Origin: Octopus sinensis
Lineage: Eukaryota
Length of the DNA: 64,000 nucleotides
Direction of reading: 5' to 3'
Assembly: GCF_006345805.1 (NCBI RefSeq)
Contig: NC_042997.1
Coordinates: 156,612,001 to 156,676,000, forward strand
The notes below the pieces were generated by a model. The model was not told the origin of the DNA. It did not search any database and saw only the letters and a list, made by a program, of their open reading frames with translations. Positions 25,615 through 37,331 of this stretch are shown in pieces (the first letter of the stretch is position 1; each line of letters begins with the position of its first letter). The position numbers and the translations under genes were made by a program.

Positions 25615-25790
25615 TCTGCTATAAGCACAAGGCCCGAAATTTTGGGAGAGCAGAGTAATCGATAACATTGACCCTAGGTGCTCAACATATACTTATTTTA
25701 TCAATCCTGAAAGGATGAAAAGCAAAGTTGACCTTGGTGGAATTTGAACTCTGAATTATAAAGATTGATGAAATGCTTCTAAGCAGATAA
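25615..25790 (-). mobile_element. SINE family D
   Basis: GAAAGGATGAAAAGCAAAGTTGACC Deu/Nin-like core on the reverse strand. Confidence 0.75.
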
Positions 25791-25944
25791 GCAAATGCCC
25801 GAGGTGGAGGAGTTGATTATAACTGGAATGATTTTGATTATAAGTCTCTTCACTGGCTGTCTTGGGACTAAACATCATCATCTTTGTTGTAGTATGTGTT
25901 GAGTTACATCGCTGATTACTCTGTCTTTTTTTTCTCTCACCCTT

Positions 25945-26222
25945 TTCAAGTCTAACCAGGCTCATGGGCCTCGTTTCCCGGTTTGTATGTCCCCCCCCCA
26001 GGTGGACAGGATGCCAGTCCATCACAGCGTTACTCAAGAAACAGGAAGAAAGAGTGAGAGAAAGTTGGGGCGAAAGAGTACAACAGGGGTTGCCACCCCC
26101 ACCCCCCCTGCTGGAGCCTCATGGAACTTTAGGTGTTTTCGCTCAACGCCCGGTCTGGGAATCGAAACTGTGATCCTCCGACTGCGAGTCCACTACCCTA
26201 ACCACTGGGCCATTGCGCCTCC
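25945..26222 (-). mobile_element. tRNA-derived SINE family C (tail type 1)
   Basis: Reverse-strand head GGAGGCGCAATGGCCCAGTGGTTAGGG...GTTTCGATTCCC; tail GATGGACTGGCATCCTGTCCA. Confidence 0.85.
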
Positions 26223-26739
26223 AATTACTCTGTTAATGCAAGTTATTTAATTTGCATTAGTCACCTCTCTTGTCACTTTTAACCTTTTTCATTTCCACAC
26301 TGATGACACTACTCTTCTCCATCACTTTCCACACACTATTTCATCCACTTGCAACCTCCAATACCTTTAATGTGGTCTGCACATTTACTCCGAATCAAGA
26401 CCATCAATATCTCCTGCTGTAGGACCCTATTCAACAACACTTAAACTCACATGCTACACATCTTAATAAAACATGCTCTTTGATATATTTCCTTAACCTG
26501 AAAAAAATGCAGCTCAGATTATCTTGCGTGATACAAAAACTATGTGTAATATCCTTTTTATAAAGAAAATATTTCATCATGAATGCCCTGAATGTTTTAA
26601 ATATATATAGAAATTATTTCCTGTTCAAGCAATTTTTCTCTGGTTCGGTGTAGTGTATATCTGTTAAGGCAAAGTTAACTACTTCTATGTCTGTCAATGA
26701 ATATGTACTGATATTTGTCACTCTTAACTGGACTCATAG

Positions 26740-26781
26740 CTACTGATATTAAACAAGTTAGGACTCCTTCCTTTCTGCAAG
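26740..26781 (+). CDS. Candidate 42-nt exon
   Basis: CATAG acceptor and AAG|GTAATC donor; open as LLILNKLGLLPFCK or ATDIKQVRTPSFLQ. Confidence 0.28.
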
Positions 26782-27334
26782 GTAATCAATATGATTGGTT
26801 CATCAATTTTAATTTTATTTTTTACATTTAAAATATTTTTCTTTATCATTACAAAATTAAACAGATTCAACAACTGAATTTCTTTTTAATAAATTAGATG
26901 AATATGAAATAAATTTTAATGAAATATCTGGGTAGGATTTTTTGAAAATAGTTAAGAGATAAATCACCCCTCTTCTATTCTGCCTGACAACCAGTCCAAT
27001 CAAATTGGTGCTTGTGTTTTTAATTGGTGCTAACCATTTACAAAAGCATTTAATTCTATGTTAAAACTTTGTTCACATATCTGGGATGGTATTAGTGTTA
27101 TTACTACTACTGTTATCACACACACCCAAACACACCTCCCTGAGCCACTGAAGGAACCTTTGTATGGTCATTCAACTTGCTAGAAATAACAACCAAATCT
27201 CATTAAATCACATTACATCCTGCTGCCTTAAAAAAGGAGAGATATATTGGATAAAATGAGATGGCTACTGTGTTGTTGAGGGCAAATAAAAGGCCATGGT
27301 TACCGATCCTCTTTTTTAACTTTTCTTTTTTTGA

Positions 27335-27620
27335 GTTTACTACTTATTCTGTCGACCTTTTTTTTGCTGAACTTTTAAGATACTGGGATGTAAACAAACC
27401 AACACTGCTTGTCAAATGGTGAGTGGGGACAAACACAGGCACATACAGATATATATATATTTATATATGACAAGTTGTTTCTTTCAGTTTCCATCTATCA
27501 AATCTACTCACAAGGCTTTGGTCAGTCTAGGGCTATAGTAGAAGCCAGTAGCTCAAGGTGCCTCACAGTGTGTCTGAATCCAAGGTCACATGGTTAGGAA
27601 GCAAGCTTCTTACACTGCTA
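27335..27620 (-). mobile_element. SINE family A
   Basis: GGCTATAGTAGAAGCC...CAAGGTGCC...GCAAGCTTCTTAC. Confidence 0.75.
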
Positions 27621-27734
27621 TGGGGCTTGAGGCTGTTCCCTGATTCATTAAATCCTGTCAAACTGTCCAACCCATGTTAGCATAGAAAACGGATGTTAAA
27701 TAATGATGATGAGCGTGGTGGTGGTGCATGTGCA

Positions 27735-27990
27735 GGTATGGCTGTAGGTACAGATGTGACTCTGTGGTATGATGTTTGCTTCCCAAACACATAGTTCCAG
27801 GTTCAGTTCTGCGTGGTGCCAGTGTTGTTCTTTTCCAATTATTCTGCAAGAATATATTTGGCTATGGGGAAAATATTACCTCACTTGGAAACAGGTGAGG
27901 GTTGGCAACAGGAAGGGCATCTGGCCACAGAAAATCTGTCTTGATAAACACTAGCTAACCCATGCAAGCATGAATAAGTGGACATTGGAA
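27735..27990 (+). mobile_element. SINE A-type head joined to an RTE-like tail
   Basis: GGTTCAGTTCTGCGTGG head, then GGTTGGCAACAGGAAGGGCATC...CCCATGCAAGCATG...(GAT)n. Confidence 0.6.
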
Positions 27991-29094
27991 TGATGATGAT
28001 ATGTGTGAGTGTTTATGTGAAGTTATTGATAAAAGGGTCACCCAGTATTTTTGCATAGTATTCATATATATTAATTTTTATGAAGAAAATGATGGCTTTC
28101 AGTTTACCAGTCATCATCAATCAGATGATGGCCGGTAACCTGAAATTTTGAAGTTACTATCAACCTTTTCGCTCACACACAACTGAATATGTTATTGGGA
28201 AGTTTTAAAATTTTCAAAAGAAGTCAATGTCTTCAATTCCAGAAGACACTTAAAGGGTACCACGCAAATTTTAGATAAGAAACTTAACAAAAACCCGACA
28301 TGAAATTCTATCTCCCAAGATACCATATATCTGTTAACTTATGATAAGGTCATATTTTCTCTTTCTTGAAATCAAACCAAGATTTGAGGAAAACTTCATG
28401 TTTATTCACATCCTCTTCCCACTTTTCATGATTTGTGACTGACATAGGTTTAGTAGATATTTGGTTTAATTAATCAATTTTAGATTGGTTAAATGATATT
28501 CGCTGTTAGCATTTTTTGCTATAAGCTCCAGTTACTAGACTAAATATTTAACTACATATAAAAATTAATAGTTTTTGCTATTATTGGTGAACTACCTTAA
28601 AACTGAGCAGATGTATATGTGGAACTCTAGAAAGGAACTGATACTGTTTGGCATATTTGAAGTTAAAGATAAGATAAAGGGAGGTTGCCCTGCATATAGT
28701 CTAACTTGTAAGAAATTTGCGAGATGGAATGGCTGTGTTGTCTAATATCAAACCTACTTAGCAACCAGGGTTTTCAGTTCGCAAAAACATACTTCTGGGC
28801 ATCCAATAGGCAGCTAAACAACTCCATTCATGATGTTTACATTTCACAACTGAAATTTTTAGAATGATATCAAATTATGCATTTAATAGACATAAGTACC
28901 TATATAAGAGAGAAGAGAACAATCCCATGGAAGGAATCTAAACCATGTATTGGTGATGTATGATGAATACATCATAGTTCTTTATGTTTTAATGATAATT
29001 CTTTCTTTTTTTTATGATTGATACATAATATCAAAACAGATCAAGATTTATTTCTTCCTACCTGATGCAAAAATGAAAGCAATATTAGTTTTTA

Positions 29095-29283
29095 TAGTTC
29101 TATATTTAAGAGATGAAGAATTATGTACATTATTTATATTTGACGGATATTTGTCCTCATCTTCTTTGTTGATATACCCTCCAGCCTTCATCAGGTGTCT
29201 TGGGGAAATTTCAAACCTGGGTTCTCATTCCTAAGGTATTTTTTGATATTATTATTATTATTATTCAGGTCACTTAACCACTA
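29095..29283 (-). mobile_element. Inverted, internally deleted copy of the tRNA-head/hammerhead element (family P1)
   Basis: Reverse complement of 29289-29520, lacking 44 nt of the head and 20 nt (equivalent to 29451-29470) of the ribozyme. Confidence 0.85.
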
Positions 29284-29520
29284 TGGTGTAGTGGTTAAGA
29301 GTGCAGGCTACTAACCCCAAGATTCTAAGTTCGATTCCAGGCAGTGACCTGAATAATAATAATAATGATGATATCGAAAAATACCTTAGGAATGAGAACC
29401 CAGGTTTGAAATTTCCCCAAGACACCTGATGAAGGCTGGAGGGTATATCAGCCAAAACGTTGTGTTAACAACAAAGAAGATGAGGACAAATGTCCGTCGA
29501 ACGTAAATAATATAAATAAT
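29284..29520 (+). mobile_element. SINE-like element: tRNA-like head, (AAT)n, Penelope-like tail (family P1)
   Basis: A box TGGTGTAGTGG, B box AGTTCGATTCC, (AAT)n linker, CTGATGA..AAAC motif; a third partial copy lies at 62786. Confidence 0.75.
29421..29466 (+). ncRNA. Minimal type I hammerhead ribozyme motif, G12A-inactivated
   Basis: Stem I GACAC/GTGTT; core CTGATGA; stem II GGCTG/CAGCC; AAAAC (canonical GAAAC); palindromic ACGT stem III; predicted cut after GTT (29461). Confidence 0.7.
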
Positions 29521-29744
29521 GAATATTAGTCTTTGTTCTTGTTTTCCTCGCTACATAGTTATTTCTAGTTGACTTTTTAATGCTCCTTGCATTAGATATG
29601 TACACTAACATAACTATTGCCATTTCATATATAGATGCCATCTCTAAGTTATTTATTCTCAAAACAATTGTATTTCACTGCACCAAACAGTATACCATCC
29701 TATACATTTACATAGTAGTTCTTCTATTACTACTTCAGCATATA

Positions 29745-30333
29745 TGGTGAAAACTATGGTTTGCTCATGAGATCTGTGTGAACAACCATGTTACACGTCA
29801 GTAAAACATGGGCTGTGACTGCAGAGGAGGTAGGAAGGCACGAAAAAATGAAGCTAGTATGCTTTGCTGGATGTGCAATGTCAGTGTGTATTATATGACA
29901 GAGTGTAAGCATCTTGAGAGAAAAGTTGGGATAAGAGGTATCAGATGTGGTGTGCAAGAGAGATGACTGTACTGGTATGGTCATGTGATGCATATTGACA
30001 AGGACAGCTGTGTAAAGAAGTGCCAGTCCTGAACTGTGGAGATAACCTGTGTAAGTGGCAGACCCAGAAAGACATGGGTTTCAGGGAGGCAATGGCAAGT
30101 GATCAAGACCCTTGGTGATTTGCTGTGCTTGAGAAGACTCGTCAAACCTAGTGAAGATGTAGTTTTGACTGGTGCTGGTGACATGTAAAAGGTACCCATT
30201 AAACTCTTGGAGTGGTTGGCATTAGGAAGGGCATCCAGCTGTAGAAATCATGCCAAACCAGGTTATCAGTTCTAGTCAAACTGTCTAACCCATGAACCCA
30301 TACCAGCATGGAAAATTGACACTTAATGATGAT
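29745..30333 (+). mobile_element. RTE LINE 3' end and 3' UTR
   Basis: Degenerate EASMLCWMCNVS, REKLG.RGIRC, WYGHVMH motifs, followed by the shared UTR tail. Confidence 0.85.
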
Positions 30334-30712
30334 GGTGTGCGTGTGTGTGTGTATATATATATATAACCTCTTCGTATTCTTCTTCAAATGATGTGTTAAA
30401 GGATTTCTTTGTCTTATTAATATTTGGATTATATTTACATATATATATATCATCATCGTTTAACGTGATGATATATATATATGTAAATATAATCCAAATA
30501 TTAATAAGACAAAGAAATCCTTTAACACATCATTTGAAGAAGAATACGAAGAGGTTATATATATATATACACACACACGCACACCATCATCATTAAGTGT
30601 CAATTTTCCATGCTGGTATGGCTTCATGGGTTAGACAGTTTGACTAGAACTGATAACCTAGTTTGGCATGATTTCTACAGCTGGATGCCCTTCCTAATGC
30701 CAACCACTCCAA
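30207..30712. repeat. 506-bp near-perfect palindrome (about 249-bp arms, 10-nt spacer)
   Basis: 30207-30455 versus 30466-30712: two substitutions and one (CA) unit difference by eye. Confidence 0.95.
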
Positions 30713-30754
30713 TATATATATATATATGCACACTCACATATATATTTATGTATA

Positions 30755-31060
30755 TCATCATTTAGTGTCCATTTTACTTGCTGGCATGGGTTGAATGGTT
30801 GGTTTGACTGAAAACTGGTACACTGGCGGGGCTGCACCAGGTTCTGATTTGAGTTGACAAGGGTTCTACGGTTGGATACCCTTCCTAACGTCAATCACTC
30901 TGAGAGTGTAGTGGATGATTTTTATGTACCACTGGCATGGGTTCCATTGACCTGACACTGACATTGGCCATAACTATGGTCTCACTTGGCTTGACAGGTC
31001 TACACAAGCATGGTGTATCTCAAGTCACTTGTCACTGCCTCCATGGGGCCCAAAATTTGA
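30755..31060 (-). mobile_element. RTE 3' UTR-derived repeat
   Basis: CATCATTTAGTGTCC...GCTGGCATGGGTTG...TCACTTGGCTTGACAGG. Confidence 0.7.
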
Positions 31061-31158
31061 AACCATTATAGTTATGATAATACACATGCCATACAAATTG
31101 ATATAAAGGCTTACATATGACAAGTGCCGAACATAAGTGGATTATGTTTGCTTTAAAT

Positions 31159-31508
31159 CAGGGATTCTCAACCATTTTTTAGCTGTGGGCCCCTTTTTAT
31201 TACTATTTTATTCTGGTGGACCCCCACAGTTATTCGATGTTTAAAATCTATTTTTATAGAAATTTCTTTTGAATTCCTATTTTGTTATTCACGCATTAAC
31301 TCATGTAGGTTGAACTGTAAAATGTTAGAGAAAGAAATTCAGCTGTTTCTTGCAATATATATTCCAATACCTACATCTAAAGTAAAAATTTTTCAGGTAC
31401 CTTAAAATACTATTGTAGATCCCCATTTTCACTATTTTGCTTGTGTCACCCTCAAAAATCTTATATGGATCCCAAGGGACCATATAGACCCCCATTTAAG
31501 AACCACTG
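31159..31508. mobile_element. hAT (Charlie-like) MITE
   Basis: TIRs CAGGGATTCTCAA / TTAAGAACCACTG; 8-bp TSD CTTTAAAT / TTTTAAAT. Confidence 0.85.
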
Positions 31509-32151
31509 TTTTAAATCATATAAACATTACTTTTTTCTTTTATTACTATGTTCCAACTTAAGAACAAGTGACTCATCGCTGAATGGGTTTTATATCCTTA
31601 TACTTGATGAAGACCCTGAAATACTTAACATCTTTTGTGTGTAAAATGTAAATGAGATCTACTTCCAACATCTTGAAACTGCTAAAAGTATATTATCTAC
31701 TGCCAGCTGTGAATCAGCATCTTAACTTGACTGACAATTATAATGTTAGTGACAGGCATGCATATATATAATTAATTTTAGTTGGCCTAAAACATTAATG
31801 AGATCTGTTAGCACATGAAAAGACTGTCACATGTGATCTTTTTTTTTTTTGCTATGAAAGGGCAGCGTATATATTTTGGTTTTCTATTATTACTATGTTA
31901 GTAGTAACTGTATCTATTTTGGTCATTATATATCTATGATCTTTATCAATTTGTTTTTCTCCTATTTCATGTTATCTGACAGTGTGAACTACATAAAAGA
32001 AAATGCAAGTTTTCTGCTTTATGTTTATACATCTCGTCTAAGTAAAGTAGCTTATTCATAAATGTTGATTATAATTAGGTTAGAAATAATACAATTAAAA
32101 TGGTATACTGAGAAAATATCAAACAAATTCTGAAGTTACATTGGTATAACC

Positions 32152-32360
32152 ATCATCATCATCATCGTTTAATGTCTGCTTTCCATGCTAGCTTGAGTTG
32201 GATGATTTGACTGAGGTCTGGCGAACTAGATGGCTGCACCAGACTCCAATCTGATCTGGCAGAGTTTCTACAGCTGGATGCCCTTCCTAATGCCAACCAC
32301 TCCAAGAATGTAGTGGGTGCTTTTATGTGTCACTGGCACAAGGGCCAGTCAGGTGGTACT
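32152..32360 (-). mobile_element. RTE 3' UTR-derived repeat
   Basis: CATCATCATCGTTTAATGTCTGCTTTCCATGCTAG...GGATGCCCTTCCTAATGCC. Confidence 0.8.
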
Positions 32361-32484
32361 AAATAAATAAATAAATAAAATAGGAAATTCAAAGACTCCT
32401 TGATAAAATAAGGATGTGCAAGTATTCAGTGAATGACTGTTAATTTTCCAGTTTAAAGTACAAATTACCTTTTAAAATTAACTT

Positions 32485-32650
32485 ATAAATGGCTGGGGTC
32501 ATTTACATTGTCTCCAGTGCTTAATTTAAACTTGTTTTTTCAACCCTGAAAGGATGAAAAGCTAAGTCATTCTCAGCTGAATTTGAACTTAGTACATCAA
32601 GAAGAAATTGTCACTAAGCATTTTGTCTGGTGTGATAATGATTCTGCTGG
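32485..32650 (-). mobile_element. SINE family D (degenerate)
   Basis: CCCTGAAAGGATGAAAAGCTAAGTC...ATTTGAACT. Confidence 0.65.
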
Positions 32651-33139
32651 TTTGCTGTATTAATTGACATTAATAATAAAGAGACATACGTGATGTCAAA
32701 GTTGATTTTTTTTACTGTTTTATTTTCTTTTGGTTGAATCTTTTTTCAGCATTAAGAAATATTTTGTTTATTTTGTTATTTCATTATTTTACATATATTA
32801 TTTACTGTTCTTTCAAAAAAGAGAGTGCTTCCTATTTTATTGTACTTTGTATTCTCCATAAGAAAATATGCTGTGTGTATATATGTATATATATATATAC
32901 ACACATGCACGCACATTCTCCTGCGCAATATTTCTATGGGGGTGTCAGTTTTGGATCCTCTTTATAAGCCTGTATGGGTGGGTGGGATTTGAGGACTATG
33001 AGAGCAAACTCATGGGCTACCACAGGCAGCACACACTCTATCTATGTCACTGTTTTCTATGTGATATATAGTGATAAACTCTGCCAGATTTACTTGCCCT
33101 TAATATGTTAGAGTTAGTCTAACATGTTAAGGACAAAGC

Positions 33140-33458
33140 CTTGTGAGTGGATTTGATAGATGGAAATTGAAAGAAGCCCATCGTGTGTGTGTATGTATGT
33201 ATATATATATATATATATATAGTTTAGAAATGTGTGTGTGTATGTGTCTGTTCCCCCATCCCCCTCAACATCGCTTGACAACCAATGCTGGTGTGTTTAC
33301 ATCCCTGTAACTTAACGGTTCAGCAGAAGGGACTGGTAGAATAAGTACTAAGCTTACAAAGAAAGAATAAGTCCTGGGGTCGATTTGCATGACTAAAGGA
33401 GGTGGTGCTCCAGCATGGGTGCAGTCAAATGACTGAAACGAGTAAAAGAATAAAAGAC
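33140..33458 (+). mobile_element. SINE family A (core and tail)
   Basis: AAAGCCTTGTGAGTGGATTTG...ATGACTGAAACGAGTAAAAGAATAAAAG. Confidence 0.8.
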
Positions 33459-34029
33459 TCAATAAAGAGTAATAATCCTTTTAATAGGAATATGTGTTGT
33501 GGTATTCATACATTCCCCATGGGAATGAGTACCAGAAGGGAAGAGAAGTACACCTCCTTTAAATGAAAACCATAACTTGACATACTGACTGACTTGATTT
33601 ATCTAGAAATAACTCTGTTGACTGACACTCAGTGACAAAGGCAGAATATTCACTAGAAAATTTCTCATGTACATCTTGAATATTCATAGTTCGTTCATGT
33701 TCATGAATAAATTATGGTTTGTTTTACATTGAAGAATCATTATTAAAATAAGTTCAATGGGAAAGAAAAACATTTGCTGTTTTATTGAGTCAGTGAGTGG
33801 GAACTTATTCACTACAGTACTTTGATTGTGATGTCACAACATGCTTGAATATCTTTTTAGCGTGGCTCCTGTGAATATTTGCATACAATTTTTATTTACC
33901 TACCCATCTCTTCTGTGGCTACATGCAAATATATCCGCTATTTATACTGACTACTGTAAAAAAAATATTGGAAAACAAACTCTATATTGTGGTTTGACCT
34001 GCTAGAAATAACTGTCAAATTTTCCTTAA

Positions 34030-34242
34030 CCCTTTAGCATTCACATTATTCAGTCAAAAATACTTATTTATTCACTTTTTGTATTAACCATGCATTATCT
34101 CATAATTTCAAGATTTCGATGATGTGATTGTTTTTTTGTTTTAGATTGACATTGCAGGGTAGGTGTGAGAAGCCAGAAACATCCATTATGGATATAAAAC
34201 AATAGAATATTTGGGTTGGATATGGCTGATTTAAACACTTTG
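34030..34242. mobile_element. piggyBac-type MITE, 3' TIR eroded
   Basis: TTAA|CCCTTTAGCA start shared with the 9781 element; ends at TTAA. Confidence 0.5.
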
Positions 34243-34784
34243 TTAAATCACATAAGCCAGGACCATATTAGGTAATGTCCTATATAACCTTAAAATGTCA
34301 GGATAGTTGTGGGTGGAATTCTGTGATCACAGGTCTAGTTCTACTCAATGACGTTTAAACTAGAGTTAAACAGCAACAAGAAGTACAAGAGTAAACTGAA
34401 GCTAGACATGTAAAACAAGCTTATCTAATGCTAGCAAACCTACTCCCATACATCAATAAATGTGTCAAACACGTACATGATTATTTCATAGTATTGGTAT
34501 GGAGTGTGTTTCTTTAATATTCCATGACGAAATGTATTATATGGGACATTTATAGATGTTGAGCATAGGATAATAGAAAACATTGTTTTTTAATGGCATT
34601 GCCAAAAGTCTTCAATGAAAAGATACTAAAATTGAGTGAATGCCATACAAAGCTTATGACTAATATTTTAATATAGTATATATATATATAGGTGTGTGTG
34701 TGGGTGATGCATATCCATATATGTATGTAGATATGAGTTTATTCACATATAAATATTTAAGTATTTATTTCTTTATTGCTCAAT

Positions 34785-34998
34785 TGGTGGCTAAACATAG
34801 AGGAGACAAACAAAAACGGACAAAGGGATTAAGTCAATTACATTGACCCCCAGTCTGTAACTGGTACTTATTTAATTGACTCCAAAAGGATGAAAGGCAA
34901 AATCAATCTTTACAAAATTTGAACTGAGAACGTAACAGCAGACAAAATGCCGCAAAACATTTCACCTAGGATGCTAACGATTCTGCCAGCTTGCCACC
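34785..34998 (-). mobile_element. SINE family D (tail type 2)
   Basis: Same head and core as 12228; GGCTAAACATAGAGG tail shared with 63253. Confidence 0.8.
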
Positions 34999-35167
34999 CT
35001 ATTTAAGTATTGGTTATGTTCCTATTAGTTAACCTTTGAAGCATGTTCACTGCCTATGGCTACCTGATGTCATCCATGGTATTTACACAATTGTTGCTGG
35101 ATCTACCTCGGGGATTCTTCAATATTCAATGAGTATATTCCATTTTCCATCTGTATAATTTGTTTTC

Positions 35168-35540
35168 AAGCATGGCTGTGTGGCAAGAAGCTTGCTTCCT
35201 AACCACATTGTTCTGGGTTCAGTCTCACTGCATGGCATCTTGTGCATGTGTCTTCTACTATAGCCTTGGGTCAACCCAAGCCTTGTGAGTGTATTTGGTA
35301 GATGGAAACTGAAAAAGCCCATTGTGTGTGTTTATGTCTGTTTGTCCGCCTCTACCACTTGACTACCTGTGCTGGTGTGTTTACATCCCTATAACTTAGT
35401 CTTTCAGTAAGGAGACCAATAAAATATGCACCAGGTTTTTAAAAAAAATCATCCTGAGATTGATTTGCTGGGCTAAAACCCTTCAAGGCAGTGCCCCAGC
35501 ATGGTCACAGTCGAATGACCGAAACAAGTACAAGATAAAT
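35168..35540 (+). mobile_element. SINE family A
   Basis: CATGGCTGTGTGG head through ...GAAACAAGTACAAGATAAA. Confidence 0.85.
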
Positions 35541-35585
35541 GATTGTCCCACCCATGCCAGCATGGAAGGCAGATGTTAAATGATG

Positions 35586-35618
<33 letters not shown>

Positions 35619-35764
35619 TGTTGATGTTATAAGAACTATATTAACCTTTGAGAAAGTATGAAATAATTCTTTTTTGGAATAGTGTATCTTGAAGCACACA
35701 TAAAGCTGTATATAATGGTATGTAAATATTGAGGTGAAAAGCCCTTTTGGATAGAAAAACTTGA

Positions 35765-36262
35765 AGGTTGCTTGGCAGGGCTTGAACCTTCATCTGTAGA
35801 AATGATGATCTTCAAACACCTCCTTAATCTTGGTTACCTATTCAACATTGGTGTTGCAGGAAGAGTGTTTGATGTCTTTCTCAACTGTGTACCTCATGTA
35901 GTAACCCATGAGGTTACAATCAAGGGAATTGGGAGGCCAGAAATTAGAACTGATGAAGTTGTAGAAATTCTCTGACAACCTCTTCTGACTTTTTCCAGAG
36001 GTATGGCAAGAAGCTTAATCCTGCTGCCACACATTTCGCCTTCCAGCTGCAACTCTCTCCTGCTAGAGTTTGACCATAGTCTCCAGCAGCCTCACATAGC
36101 CATCTGAATTGAGCCTGTTCAAAGGCTCCGTTCAAAGATGTGGGTCAGTATGACATCACCTTCACTGGAGACACACCCAAAGATTGTCACAGTTTGGGGG
36201 AACTTGATTTTCATGATGATTGTGTCATGTATTACAGCCTTTATAGGATTCACAGAACATTG
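35765..36262 (-). mobile_element. Tc1/mariner transposase remnant (catalytic half)
   Basis: KFPQTVTIFGCVSSEGDV, VWQQD*ASCHTS, FWPPNSLDCN motifs with stops and frameshifts. Confidence 0.9.
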
Positions 36263-36276
36263 AGCAGCAACAGCAG

Positions 36277-36690
36277 TGGGGAGCAATGGCCCAGTGGTTA
36301 GGGCAGTGGACTCGCGGTCGGAGGATCGTGGTTTCGATTCCCAGACAGGGCGTTGTGTGTGTTTATTGAGAGAAAACACCTAAAGCTCCAAGAGGCTCTG
36401 GCAGGGGTGGGTGGGTGGCGACCCCTGTTGTACTCTTTCGCTCCAACTTTCTCTCACTCTTTCTTCCTGTTTCTTGTCCCCGACTTCTTACGCAACCGCT
36501 GAGCCTGGATGCGCATTCATCCATCCGTCGATGCTCTCGGTGTCGGGGGTTGACCTGCTCTCTCTTCTGCGGGTCTTACGAATAACAAAGGACCACATTT
36601 CGGACTTCTCCCACTACAGATTATCCTGAGGCGCAATCTGGGACGAAGACCGCTTTGCTCAACAAACAAACAAACAAACAAACAAACAAA
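36277..36690 (+). mobile_element. Young SINE family C (tail type 2), 13-bp TSD
   Basis: TSD GCAGCAACAGCAG at 36264-36276 and 36691-36703; (AAAC)n tail; CpG-rich. Confidence 0.92.
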
Positions 36691-36938
36691 GCAGCAACAG
36701 CAGCAGTTGTGATGTTGGTATTTTGATACCCAGTGTGAATCATCAACATACAGCTAACTCTCTTCCAATATTCAGATCACTTCTAAACCTCCATGTCAGC
36801 TAATTTTTTTTTCAACTACAACTATAAAATCTTTATGCTTTCCATTGCCCTTGACTATTCACCAATACATGAAGCTGTTCCTGAAAAAAGAAGTTATAAA
36901 AAAAATCTACAAATTTAGCCTGAATGCCCTGTTTGTAT

Positions 36939-37003
<65 letters not shown>

Positions 37004-37331
37004 ACTTCATTTCATGTTCCTATCTACTCAACTGTAAATGACTACCAGCCTAGTGCTGGTGCAGCTCTCCCTCTCCCTTCAGCTACTACATCCTCAGTAT
37101 TTTGCTACTTCAAGGGTGGGAAGGCTGAGAGGTTGTCTGCTTATAACTATGTAGGCATCAAAAGCAATTAGCAACAGTGTGATACAAGCTACCATGTCAT
37201 GCTTGCTTGCAAGTGACAGCTAAGCATTTATATATATATGCCCATTAGTATGCATATATACATTTGTGTACATACATAAATGTGTGTGTGTGTGTGCATA
37301 TATATATATATATATGTATATATGTATATAT

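Noticed and set aside
29284-29345. tRNA gene
   Set aside because: It has A/B boxes but no acceptor stem, and it continues into repeat sequence; it is a SINE head.
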